A stretch of DNA of 63,069 bases, counting the filler, from Choristocarpus tenellus KU-1152 (lineage: Eukaryota; Protista; Phaeophyceae), in assembly GCA_964200185.2 (NCBI GenBank). It is 12 parts of 12 records of this genome, joined end to end, with 100 filler letters (N's around TTAATTAATTAA, not from the genome) between each part and the next. Parts side by side here need not be neighbours in the genome. Positions count along the whole stretch, not along the records: positions 16,843 to 21,532 come from CAXNAD020013453.1; positions 21,633 to 25,171 come from CAXNAD020019378.1; positions 25,272 to 28,050 come from CAXNAD020024826.1; positions 28,151 to 35,597 come from CAXNAD020006141.1; 8 more parts are not named here. One strand, 5' to 3'. A program made the position numbers and the translations under genes. Each line of letters starts with the position of its first letter. Within the stretch, counting starts at the first letter, position 1. The notes beneath the pieces were generated by a model. The model searched no databases. It saw only the letters and a program-made list of their open reading frames with translations, and was not told the DNA's origin. Shown piece by piece: positions 17,126 through 29,987 of this stretch.

Positions 17126-19182
17126 AGAGGTGTAGGCTGCCCCATTTTGCTTGAGATTTTGGTGTGCAACCTTTTTCGTGTCTGCGAAATACACCCATAA
17201 AATGTGAACAAGTATGAACAATCTTACTTCTTCAGTTGGGCTGCAATGATTATTATGTTGAATTTAATGCTGAACGTAGGAAGTGCAAAATTGGTTGAGG
17301 AAATCGGACAAGGGAAACGGTAAATATGTTGGTGAAGATGTATTGCGTTCTTTTCGCAAGGAGTAAATGAATTCTACTATTCTATCTCGCCCTCTACACG
17401 TTTCTTTGCCCTTGTCCCTTCATAGGCATAGTTTCTGTTTTGTTTTGACACTGAAAAGCTCCTGGACTGTTGCATGAATGGAAGGTTGATCGTCATCAAC
17501 GACAATACCTTTGTACACTGCTTTCAGTCATGTCCAAGGCATAACCAGTAGTTTTTGTTCAGAGAAGAGTTCCTTCAGAAAGATACGGTATAATTGCAAC
17601 GTGCTTGACCTGTTGAGGGCAGAGGTGGGAGGAACTAAAGCCCAACGTGTTTGATATGGCTGATGTGTTGCGAACTGACAGGAGAGGCTACAGTTGGGCA
17701 TCGACCTTGGATCCGACAAAGATATCTGTCAACCAGTTGTGAAACGCTGCTGCTAAGGGGTTTCCTTTGGAGGAAGGATTGATGATCTTCATGGGTAAAA
17801 CAGGAAAACATTCTGACCTAGTTAACAGAGGTGATTGAGGGACTTGTTTTCACTATCTGTTATTTTTGGTTCAATTTTTTAGGAGGCTATACGGGCCAAT
17901 CAGAAGACAACACCATTTCTAACTTATATGTCATACATTATTCACTTGTTTGGTCTTTCTAATGTTCATTTTCACATTTGGATAACATCTTCGCGTACAA
18001 CCAGTTTACTCTCTCTCATTTTTTCCCCAACATGTCCACATATGTCAAGGAGAACATATTCTGTCAAGAAGAGCAGGTAACATGTTTTCCTGATGCATGC
18101 AAGGAAGAACCCTTCAATTTGAAGGGCCTATTTCTTTCATGAGGATCCACCTGGAAGTTGAACGGAGGGATTACAATGCCCACGGCTTTCTATTTCGTAA
18201 AGAGAGGCAACGGTGGGGTGAGATGTACGTCAAACCCAGAATGAGCTCTGAGCGGTGGACTCACTGGTAACATTGCTCTCGAAGGATCTGTGCACAACCT
18301 CCTTCCCCGTACACCCAGAGTGAGAGACTGCCCACCATACGTCTTCAACCATGTGCTGAACTCAACCATTAACATGACCCTGAACAGGCATGTGGCAGTG
18401 GAGGACTGCGTCAGATTGACATACCCTCCCCATTCATGCAAGCCCTACACTTTCGTGTGCTGATGAGATTTCCTCTCTCTTCCAAATATTTTCGTTTCCT
18501 TCCAATATATGTTTAAATATTAATAATAGACTAACCAGGATATAATACTTTCTGCCGTTTCCCTCGTAACATGGGCTTCGTGTTAATATGCTGTATTCCT
18601 GCATACACTAGGAGTATTGACTGATATTATTGCTGACACTCTAACACTTTCACATAGAAAATCCTTCTTGTATACAGTACCACTGATAGTAAAAATAACA
18701 TGGTATACATTTCCTCCATACTGAGAGTAATATTATTAGTACTGCATTCTGCATCGAGAAATTTGATCACCGCATGATAAACAATGCCTCCATATACTAT
18801 AATTCTTCCCCCACTAAATAACCACAACCTTAAAATACTACTACTACTAGGTAGACTTTGCTTTCTTCATCGTGGAACATTATACAACAGTTTTCGCACG
18901 CCCAGACCAACTAGTACATCATCAGCATAAATGATTGCAAGACCTCCTGCAGAAACAGTAACAATACTCTCAATCAAATTCGAGATTCATTCTTAGTGGC
19001 ATGCTTTTCCTTCTGCTTAACCTACGACTACGACTACTACCACTACCACTACAGTCACGATTCAATCGTATGTTCACAATACGTCTTACTTGCGCTCAAC
19101 ACTCCAACATGGATTTTTACTGTACTTACGGTCAATGACGATATTACTTACTCACCACTATAACATCTACAACTACTACTGA

Positions 19183-19698
19183 GAGTTAAAGTAAGCAGAG
19201 GTATCCAGGGTTGCATTAGAAGGATCCCGACAAATATATCAAAATTTCGGCATTTAGTATAAATGCGTGTAGCTTATTTTATTATTTGAGTCCAAAATCT
19301 TCAATCAAGAAATTAACACTTTCAAATCAATATTTGCACTTCATCCATACAGAAATATGGTGAATCTCAGAAGATAAAAAAAGTGGCTTAAAATGCAAAA
19401 TGTAAAATCCTGGGTACCTTTCGTTTATTTTGGCTCTGAGTCCGAGATGACGTGAGATAACCAGGTCTTGGCCACTTCGCATTTTGACACTCTTTTTAAA
19501 ATCTATTGTAATTCACCCTTAATTCGATGGATGGACTGCTAATATTGACTTGTGAGCGTTGGTTTCTCCATCGTATGAAAAAATTCGACAGAAACTAGAT
19601 GAGTCCCTATTATATACATTTGTAAAAAAAGCAGATTTTTCGCTGATTGTCACCATTCTAAAAAAGCATTTCTGGGTACGTCTCGTTTACTTTGACTC
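19183..19698. mobile_element. Two adjacent MITE family 3 copies (19183-19436 and 19438-19698; TIR ~GAGTCAAAGTAAACGAGAGGTACCCAG); others at 26215-26497 and 58053-58307
   Basis: Degenerate TIRs; internal motif cttaaaatgcaaaa shared by 19183 and 26215, and loosely in reverse at 58053. Confidence 0.7.
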
Positions 19699-20762
19699 AC
19701 TACTACATCCTCTGTCACATCCTCTTCCTTCCCAGCAATACTACTAAATGGAAACATGCTGCATACGTTGCATCGTTGAGTCCAATCATTGACTCTGCAC
19801 CAAGAGACGTGCAATCATTATTTTATTATTATGCCCTCTGACATATTATTTTTGTAACAAGACACTGACATCTGAATTTATTTGTCCATTTATTTGTCCC
19901 CATCCTATCCTGTCTTTCTTTGACTTACACTTATATTCGTTTTATTTGCTATACTGTTACAACGCAGAAGTCTCAGTACATAGGACCTCCATGTTACAGC
20001 ACGCTCCAGAAGCTTACCTCTACAGGATGTATAACTCAGCCCACAAGCCTATAGATCGCGATGATACAGTATAGGTCTCCAGATTCACAAATCGTGAAAT
20101 ATGCTGGATCTCTTACTTGAATTATTCCCTTCGTAAGTATCAATATCATCGTATAAATAGGAACTGGCAAGGATGTACCACCTGATAATAACTAAATAAT
20201 GAAAATATATATATCAAATCTAGGACTTCAAGGTCATAATTGTGTTTATGAAACCGCCATCAAGACATATCGCCTGTAACAGATCATGAGATACAGGAAA
20301 GTAAACTCCCTCCGATTGCCTTCATCCATTTTCACAACTAAATAATCTATTGCCTTGTCCATAGGTACTACATAAGCCTTCCTCTTTCGTCGAAATCTGT
20401 TCCCTTGTTTGAAACCTTACCCTCCAAATCAATCACATAAAACAACAGCTGCATAAACAAGGTTCTCCGATACATCTGAAACCACTAAAAACTGACTCAC
20501 ATCATTCGCTCCTTAAGCAGCAAATACCAACCTTTTCTCCAAATTCACAAAACCCACTCAAAGCAAAAAAACATAAAATAATCCAAGTGGCTATGGTAGA
20601 TCAATCCACTGGCTAAGGCGCCAAGCTACAGTCCACTTCAACCTGGATACTATTTGTACAAGGAACGGACAGCTATTACCCAACCAGCACATTGAGGAAA
20701 TGGGCAGCAGAAGGGAATAACGACCACAAAATTGCACATGGACAACAAAAGCGATCGTAAGG

Positions 20763-21404
20763 GTGATGACGATGCTGATGGGGGCGGTGGGTACGGTACA
20801 GGTCCTGGGGGTGACGAGGAGATCCATGCTCATGAGGGACAGAAAAAGAAAGAAAAGGGTTGGTGTCAAGTGCCAGAGCAGCATCCATGCGTTCCTCATT
20901 GAGGATAACTGCTACTTCATTGTTGCTTGCACCATTTTAACGTGTCACCATCACTGGACATTTTCGACCCTTGAGGACAGGAGAGATGACTTGGCGAACC
21001 TCTAACGACCAGGAAATGCGCTCCAAAGTCATGCAGTGCACATTCAAACAGTATGTCAAATAACAACTTCACGCTAGAGTACATGGTGCTAACATCGCAT
21101 CAGAGGCCAAGAGAAGGAAGGGCAGAGAAACGCCAAGATGAACCACGAAAAGAAGGCATCCGCAGCAGCACTGGAGTGTGTCCTTGACATGAGTTGGGAG
21201 TGGAGCGAAGAGGTGGTTGCCTCTTGCGACAAAATCCGTGAAAGGTATATGCTGCCACAACTTTTGCAAACCCTGCACAAGGAACCAAACGCCAAGGAGA
21301 GAGGGGAGCATGTTCTGCAACCTCAAATGGGCTCTGCTGTACCTACTATCACTTGGGCCGCTGATATTGCAAAACTAAGACCAAAATTTGTGGGCAAATC
21401 GTGA
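20763..21404 (+). pseudogene. Decayed ORF, possibly a FAR1/MULE-type DNA-binding domain relic
   Basis: RVGVKCQSSIHAFLIEDNCYFIV..HHH loosely resembles FAR1 'R.gC.A.i...w.v..f..HNH'; contains in-frame stops. Confidence 0.25.
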
Positions 21405-21686
21405 ATAAATGAGGTGCTTGTTGTTGTATCTTCCAGGTATTAATATTTCCCCCCTTATTTTTTCTGGATGTATTCTTTCACACATCCATGCCTTGTTCGT
21501 TGCAGACATCTGACTCAAAGTAGCTGCGGGGGNNNNNNNNNNNNNNNNNNNNNNNNNNNNNNNNNNNNNNNNNNNNTTAATTAATTAANNNNNNNNNNNN
21601 NNNNNNNNNNNNNNNNNNNNNNNNNNNNNNNNCCCCAAATGGACAGCCACCCCCCCCCCCCACCCCCCAGATACTTTGAGCCTCAC

Positions 21687-24600
21687 CTCCGCATTGCTGG
21701 CCCGTTTCCCCTCTGCCTCGAGCTTCTCATTCAATACCCTGTTGTGCTCCTTTAGCTCAGCTATCTCGGCATCCTTCATGACCTCCCTCCGCGGCCTGGG
21801 TATACCTGAGCTCACCCCCCTCTTCTGAACGGACAACTTCTTGGTTTCCTTTACCAGCTTCTCGACCTCAGCCTCCCTTACCTGGAGCTGGTCTGCGAGA
21901 TCGTTCCTATCCCGGTGAAGGGCAACAGTTGCCTGGCGCTCCTCATCAAGACGGGCCTTGAGCGTGGCAACATCCTCTCCATCAACTTCTTGTATTATTC
22001 CCTGGGAGTGGGATGCCGGAGTTGCGTTGCGACTTCCCGTGGGTGTAGGAGCAGGGTCTCCTTGAAGTTGGAAGGCCTTCTGTGACACCATGTGAAGGCA
22101 TGCAGCGAGATTAGAGGCGTGTTCCGATGCCCTTCTGAGGTTCAGCTTGAAGTCCATCGATGGGCTTGTAATACCGGCCGCATAGAACAGGTGCTGCTCA
22201 GTCGTTGTTGCGTTCTTCTTTTCCTTCAGCAGCGATCGCATGGGAACAACACGTTGGCCAAAAAATCATCTCGGCATACGGCGCTTGGCACATAGAGTTT
22301 GAAAGGTTGCTTGCTACACGGGCGGATGCAATGTGGAGCCCGATACAACACATGCACCTACACGCACAGTGTTTGTTGGTGTCACTTACACTACACTGAA
22401 GTACATAATGGCGTCTTTACTGCTTCCAAAAATGAATTTAGAAGAGAATGAATTCAGAAGAGTATGAGGTTGAAGAACTTCTGCGGAATTTGAGGGACTT
22501 CATTGATTCGCTTCTTGAAAGTGACAACTCGCCCTGCTCCTGTTGCATTCACAAACTTGCAACCAAGAAATATCATCAAAATTTCTGTTGAAGAGGACGA
22601 CCTTGTCACACCAAATTCCTCTGCCCTCTCACCTCCTCCTCTCCATCTTGACCTTGTGCTACAGAACAAGCTGGCTCCATTCGATGGCACCGCCCTCCCC
22701 CTTCCCTAACACTGCAATGACTTGGCATTTCGTTGACACTGACGTGCAAATTATGTACAGAGAGAGAGAGAGAACAAGAGAGATCTCTTCATGTGATATT
22801 TTATATCGTGTAGAGAGTAGTTACAATGATTAGAACAATATATAAATGAAAACATGTTGTGCTGGGGATTGTGAAGATTGGGGCTCTAGTATAAACATAT
22901 TATTTCTTGATCAATGTAAACTGGACAGGAATGGAATAATAACCTGTGTGTCATTCACATTCACCAACCCACAGAATGCCTTCCCCCTCACCCACGCAGC
23001 ATACCATGACATTTATAGCTACTCCTCTGTAGCTCTCGAATCAGTACAGCACTCTCTGTAGGGCTCTGTGAGTGTGTGCTAGAATGTCTGAAGACCACAC
23101 TGATGATGAGTGTATGAACTTATTCAACAGCACCTGAGGTCTACACAAAAAGACAAGTATATACAAGCATAACCTAAAAGTCCTGCAATATACGGGCATT
23201 GATGTGGCACTGATAAGGAGAAGGGACATACTAAAAGTAGCCGAGTGCAGGAAGCGGGATACATTCTCTTCGAACATGCTTGAAAATACGTAACACTCGA
23301 AATATTTATCAAATCCCCCACACATACCTGACATCATCTTTTGTCTCCTCGTTGACCTGACCATTGTCTTGGACATTGATATTGGCAACCTCGATTGTAC
23401 CACTATTACTCCTGCTCATCTCTGCACCCTGTTAATCAACGTTTGCACGGGACTCAATAAAAAGATGTGCATGCTAAAGGTGACTGGTGAGCATAGTTGC
23501 GAATTGATCCGTATACTGTGGTGAGTCCTTCATGCTCGTGCTTCACCCTAGACAAGAAAATGCTCTACACTGTGTGTTTGCTACAGTACTCTGCCTGTAG
23601 CTCCTGCCTCTACCGCAACTATAGAGATCTGGTTTCAAGACTTGTGAATGAGATAGTAGGTGCGATACTGATCGGAAGCTAGATTCGACCGAAGGCAACA
23701 CCAAACATGAAGGCGACTCTCGCCAGTAGAGGAAGCGATGCCCTTTTCATTGCTGTAGATTGAAGGGGGAGGATGCATTGTGTCACCCTACCGAAAATAA
23801 GGGATGAGTATATCCAGGGGGAAATCAAAGTAAGGCAAATAGGTGAGGTAGGGTACAGTAGTGCAGTGTCAAGACGAAGAGCGAGAGACTGGGAGCAAAC
23901 AAAGGAAAGGACAGCAGAAAAGATCGACCTGTGAAATGTAGGAAGATCATGTATCAAGATATAGTCAGGGACAAGGCTTGGTAACCCCTTAAGCGCACTC
24001 GTATTCATCTTGTAAAGAAAAGGGTAATTTATTCACTTACCTGTGCGTCCACCGTGATAGCCAGTGGACTGGCTTTCTCGAGGGACGCATGTTGTGTGTG
24101 GAGACGCCATGCATGCTCGGCCTTCCCAACGACCTCAATGGCACGGGCAAGATGCCTACCACCCTGTTTGTCTCTCTCACAGTTACTCTTGAGAACCGTT
24201 AATTCCAAGTGCAGAGTATTCAGCATACTCTCCGCCTTGCGTGCATTATTATCCCATCCCCTGGCCGTAGTCAGCAGATTGAGATTTTGTGTTGTTGGGG
24301 TCGAAGCACAAGATACTGCAGGGCCATGAAGATGTTCTAAACAACAAGATTGTCTTGTGTTGAAAAGCACTTACCGCCTCAACAGGGTATCTTTCAGCCT
24401 ATTCAACATTATTTTAACGTTGCAGCTCGCTTGTTCGAGGCTAGCTAGAGCACCCTGGACGGACTTCGACCCTGTCATATCCAGTGTGCCATTAGACGAG
24501 GTTTCAGTCACCGCCCTCTTCAAAGCAGATACGATTGCTCGTAAAGTATAGGTGTCAGTCGACGACCTCCCAGCATCCTTTCTATCAACACTCGCTGGCA

Positions 24601-24690
24601 TTGCCATTTTCAGGAGAAGGAGTGTTCGGATGGCAACCTCCTCAAAGTGCTTCCCAGAGGAGGATTGATATGATCCCTTCAGGGAGATCT
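21687..24690 (-). CDS. Multi-exon coiled-coil protein, partial
   Basis: Exons ~24690-24375 and 24260-24041 (phase-compatible), ~23429-23328 and ~22300-21687 (LKARLDEERQATVALHRDRNDLADQLQVREAEVEKL); the middle exons are unresolved. Confidence 0.55.
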
Positions 24691-25465
24691 ACGTAGAGTT
24701 CTGTAGCATGTATGTGACGGTCTGTAGTATTTCATATAATTTCTTTAAAAAACATTTTTTTACTACATACAGTTGTATTACTATACGTAGTAGTAATACA
24801 TTAATAGGGGTGTAGTGCATTATCCGTAGAGCAGGTATGACCCAAATAAATACTCCAGAGTATTAAACCACGATAGGTAGTAGCTGGGGTGTGTCGTTGA
24901 TGGACAGAGAACCCTATGAACGACTGGCATACCATAGAAAGTATGATTGCCAACGTAACGTCGTACTTAAAGCAGAAGGTGGGGCAGGTCAAACGGGCTC
25001 AATACTTCTTGCTAAATGATCGTTTATCTTACTCTTTCCTCTTAGGTGTTTGTTCTCGCGTTCCTCTTTCCTTCTGTGTTGATTTGATTCACTGATTATC
25101 ATTAATTGAGTGAAAGTATCTTAGAGGGTACGAATTTTGCCCTTTTTGTCCATTTGGGGCTTGGCTTCTCANNNNNNNNNNNNNNNNNNNNNNNNNNNNN
25201 NNNNNNNNNNNNNNNTTAATTAATTAANNNNNNNNNNNNNNNNNNNNNNNNNNNNNNNNNNNNNNNNNNNNCGAAACATTTCCAAAAAAAGGACATATCC
25301 CGGGCCCTTCCAAGTGCAAAAACAGTTGCAAAAAAAACCTTTTGGTACTTTTTCAAGACCGTTTTCGCAGAACCATGCTCATAGAGGCTATAGCCCCGCT
25401 CCATCCTCAAATTTTAAAATCCACTGTTTAAACCAGAATTTAAGAAATATATCATCACACATTTA

Positions 25466-25663
25466 GACAGGTTGAAACAGGACACCCAAGCAATCCGGTA
25501 ATAACTACATCCCCATACATATATATATACCCTCAGCAGCATATAATGCTAATCCTAACCCCGACTACCCCAAAACAATTAAAGAGTGTATGTATATTAC
25601 TATTAATTGCATGTATGGGGATTTGGTGATTACCAGATCGCTTGGGTCCTGTTCGACTTTGTC
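25466..25663. mobile_element. ~200-bp element with ~55-bp imperfect inverted repeats
   Basis: gacaggttgaaacaggacacccaagcaatccggtaat...ccccatacat pairs with atgtatgggg...attaccagatcgcttgggtcctgttcgactttgtc. Confidence 0.7.
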
Positions 25664-26986
25664 ACCTGCATAATAAGCACTAGCAACTTCAAATTTGTAT
25701 CGGGATCCAGAAGACGATACTACTCAGATGTGGAACATAAGAAATAACACTGCTTCAAAGAATAGGCTCCTCTAACAACAAACTGTAAACTCCGAGTTTC
25801 AAGCCTTGAAATTATTTTACGTACTTTATACTGTACTTGATTTTTTTCTATAGATACGTAGGGTATTACTCCGACAATGAATGGTGTTATACTCCCCGGT
25901 TATATACGTCGTATGCTCTGGATGGATTATCGTAATAGCAATCAGTTTTACATGTATGTTGTACATGACAATATTCTTATTCACTGTTTACAGATACAAT
26001 GGCATCAGTTTGTCCCATATACAGACAATTTACAATAACATCAATTTTTCCCATAGATGATACAAAAACATCAGTTAGTCCCTCCCATACAGATAGAGAG
26101 AGGGGCATGATTTCTTTATAATTTAAATGTAGCAATTCAACGGAGAAGAATCTGTTTTGTGCTCTCATACATATCATAGGTATGTCGCTTTTGTCCTTTC
26201 TCTTTTTATGACAAGGGTCGAAAGTAAACCAGAGGTACCCACTCAGTGTTGCATCTTAATGATGTCGGCAAATATGTCCAAAAATTTAATACATATTTCT
26301 TCCAAATGTGTTCAGGATACTTACCTAAGTCGAAATGTCTTGAATAAAAATACTAACAGATAAATAAACCCTCGCGAGTCAAACTTAGCATTTCAAATAT
26401 AGAAAAATAAATACAGGTGGATTGAAAAAGATAAAAAAAATGACTTAAAATGCAAAACGACCGAAAATTGGCTACCCCTTCTCCTTTACTTTCATCCTCC
26501 AAGATGTTACTGGACATAGTGCTGTTGGATAACCACACTACACACTACATTGTCGTTTACAAGTTTCACACAATATAAATACAAAAAGAAATATAATAAT
26601 AATAATAATAAATAAAATAAGTAAAAATAAAGTGTCAGCAATAATAAGACCTACCTCCTCGTCTGTTCTACATGTGTGTGGCATCTCTCTGTGACGCAAG
26701 CACAACAGGACTAAAAGGAGCGAGGTAAACAGGAACCGAAGGATCAAAAATCGAAAAAAAAAAACCCAGCTCCAGTGAATGCAATAATAAAATGCGTCGA
26801 GTTTTGTCTGCAGAGCAAGCAAGCAGCACGGGGTTCACAGAAACTGTTCACATTATAATAGATAGGGGAATTACAAACTGAAGAAGGCAATAATAATGTC
26901 CATCGGTCAACCAACACACATCCCCTTTTTGACACTGCTCCACCAACGCTGGGAATCTCTTACATAGTACACAGTACATCCAGACT

Positions 26987-27249
26987 GAGTCAAAGTATCT
27001 TAGGGTTAGGGTAGGGCCGCGTTCATTTGGGGGCCAAAATCCAATGTTGAGATTTTGATGTGATTTTGGCTATCGTGTTTGTTATTAAGTGCCAATATCC
27101 TTGTTCCGGACACACCTTTCATAACGCATATATTTTACTTACTCCTGAATATTTTGAAGTAGGAAAATGTCATAAAAAACCCCATGGGAAGCCAAGCCCC
27201 AAAATGGACAAGCAGGGCAAAACTCGTACCCTCTAAGATACTTTCACTC
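26987..27249 (-). mobile_element. MITE family 1 copy, reverse orientation
   Basis: Both TIRs present; ACT on both flanks; TTAGGGTTAGGG in one TIR. Confidence 0.88.
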
Positions 27250-28612
27250 ACTACGTCAGAAGTATGTACGACACTTCAACTCCATCTTACGCACGCCACT
27301 GCTGACGCACGAAACATACTGAAAAAAACGGAAAAAAAATCATTTCCACGGAGTGCGAAAAAGGGGAAAGAAAGACATCAAATATATAATATAATATAAT
27401 ATATAATATATATATATATGGGACAAAAAAGAAGAAGCCCACTCAATTGCTGCAAGTATTAATTAGCACATAGGATATACTTAATATACCTAGTAAGAAA
27501 CAAACAACGGAACAAAATAACCAACAAAACTAGCGGTTTGATGACATCATAATATTGGTCCCTCCCTACCGAAAGGTCATAATAATATATTTTTTTTTAA
27601 AAGAGGAAAAACAAAAAAAAGAAAAAGGTGTGACTCGACTTCCCACAAACCCACAAGGGTCTCTCCGCCAGGATGTGACCTCGATGCAACAAAGCAAACA
27701 CTGCCCAGCAAATGTATATAGCAACTCCATCGACTACTACTACTACTACTACTCCATCCCAAACTGCTACTGTTCGGGAAGTATTACAGACATCATCTTC
27801 AGCATCAGTCAAGTCGCCTAACAAATAGCCTTCCCAGCCGTGCTGACAAACAGAACAAAAGGTTCAACAGTTTACACACACTACCAAGCAGCAAGTAAGT
27901 TCACCCCGCCCCCCACTGCATGCCAGTTATACGATCAGGCTAATCTGCTCCCCTCTTTTGATAACAACCATACATGTATGGTTGTAAAAAAAATAAATCA
28001 TAACTGACCCAAAGTATCTGGGGGGGGGGGGGTCAAAACAAAAAAAACAANNNNNNNNNNNNNNNNNNNNNNNNNNNNNNNNNNNNNNNNNNNNTTAATT
28101 AATTAANNNNNNNNNNNNNNNNNNNNNNNNNNNNNNNNNNNNNNNNNNNNGGGAGATGAGTGGGGGAGGAGGGGAGAAATGTTTCTACACCAGGGTTTCC
28201 ATTTGGGTCATAACGAGGAAAAGTTCAATTACATTTTCCATCCGAAGTATGTAACCAACTCACCCAAAAATCACAACATGAAAAAAGGGCCCCAAATGGG
28301 CAGATGCCACCTCCCCCCCCCTAGTTACTTTGGGCCAAAACACTGCTTTGAACACTTCCATCCAGAGAGTAGTAGTACCAGCACAAAGTATGCCATGTTT
28401 GACTGAGATCATTCCAACTAGAACTGAGAGGGGAATTATTTGCATCTCATACAAGATAACCCTAACCCTGTGAAAAGATATACTAACCCTAACCCTATAT
28501 ACAGATATACACTCATCAAGACCCCAGGTTTTTTCCATCAACATGGTATACAAATCATTTTTGAAATCTTCTAGAGCGTACTGACTAGCAATTTGCCCAA
28601 TGCACGAACTAT

Positions 28613-28875
28613 GAGTGAAAGTATCTTAGAGGGTACGAATTTTGCCCTGTTTGTCCATTTGGGGCTTGGCTTCCCACGGGGTTTTTTGTTGCACTTTCCT
28701 ACACCAAAATGTTTTGGAGTAGGTAAAGTGTATACGTCATGAAAAGGTGTGTTCGGAAGAAAGATATTGACACCTCCCAACAAACGCAATAGCCAAAATT
28801 AAATCAAAATCGCAACATTGGATTTGGGACCCCAAACTGACACGGCTCTACCCTAACCCTAAGATACTCTCACTC
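28613..28875 (+). mobile_element. MITE family 1 copy
   Basis: Both TIRs present; flanks CTAT/GTAT; the right TIR carries CCCTAACCCTAA. Confidence 0.88.
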
Positions 28876-29161
28876 GTATATGCCCACCAACCGTTTCACG
28901 TGTGTAGTGACAAAATGATATTAATCCCCAAATACAAGAGTCTCGACTTTCTGCACATCCTCTCACCTCAGAAAGTGTAACGCTCACTGCAAGTGCTATC
29001 CCTTATTGTTAGGCAATATTTCATGGGAAATGTTTGCCGTCTGCATAATACCCTGAATTGTTTGCTCAAGAATTACACTACCAGGAAGGCGTTTTAGGGA
29101 CAGTTACTCTCTAGCGTCCACTTTCCATGTAACCCTAACCCTAACCCCCGATCACATTTAC

Positions 29162-29419
29162 ATTAAAAAGTACCTTAGAGGGTACGAGTTTTGCCCTGTT
29201 TATCCATTTGGGGCTTGGCTTCCCATGTTTTTTTTGTGACATCTTCATACTCCAAAATGTTTAGGAGTAGGTAAAATGTATACGTTATGAAAAGGTGTGT
29301 CCGGAACAAGGATATTGATACTTCCTAACAAACATGATAGCCAGAATTACATCAAAATCGCAACATTGGATTATGGTCCCCAAATGGACGCGGATCTGCC
29401 CTCTAAGATACTTTGGCTC
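29162..29419 (+). mobile_element. MITE family 1 copy; TSD TTAC
   Basis: Degenerate left TIR, intact right TIR, TTAC on both flanks. Confidence 0.85.
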
Positions 29420-29987
29420 TTACTCTACCACTTCGTTCTCTAGCACAAGGCTTGTGAATAACATTCATTTTCTCAGTATTATTTGGTTCCCTTTGCTACA
29501 TTGTGTCCATTATTTAGCAGGCTTTCAAGGCCACTTGCCCTACATATCTATGGTATTGAACAATACTTGAGGCTGTTTGCTCAAATAATCATTCTGCAAA
29601 GCAATGCACTGATGAAATCGGATTTTTTTTCACACATTAGTTTGATCATTTTATTATGGAGAAGGCAACAAATGGAAGAAATTTGGCAGAGCAAAGAAGA
29701 AACTATGCAACGGATACAAAATATCCATTGGTTTTTCTTGCTCATAGCGTCTGTTGCCCAGCAAACTCTTGAGTCCATTTGGTCAGTAACATTTCTTGTA
29801 AAGGAAACACTAGTGGCCATTTGCTCTATATCATCCATTATCTGGACCATGATCATTGATTGGCCCTAACCTGGCATTGCTGCACCAATGTACATCTCAT
29901 ATGCCTTGGCTCAAACTACCTCAAGTCTTATCAGTATACCACATTATGTTGCCACTATACCTCTCTGTTTACCCCACTCTCAATCAG

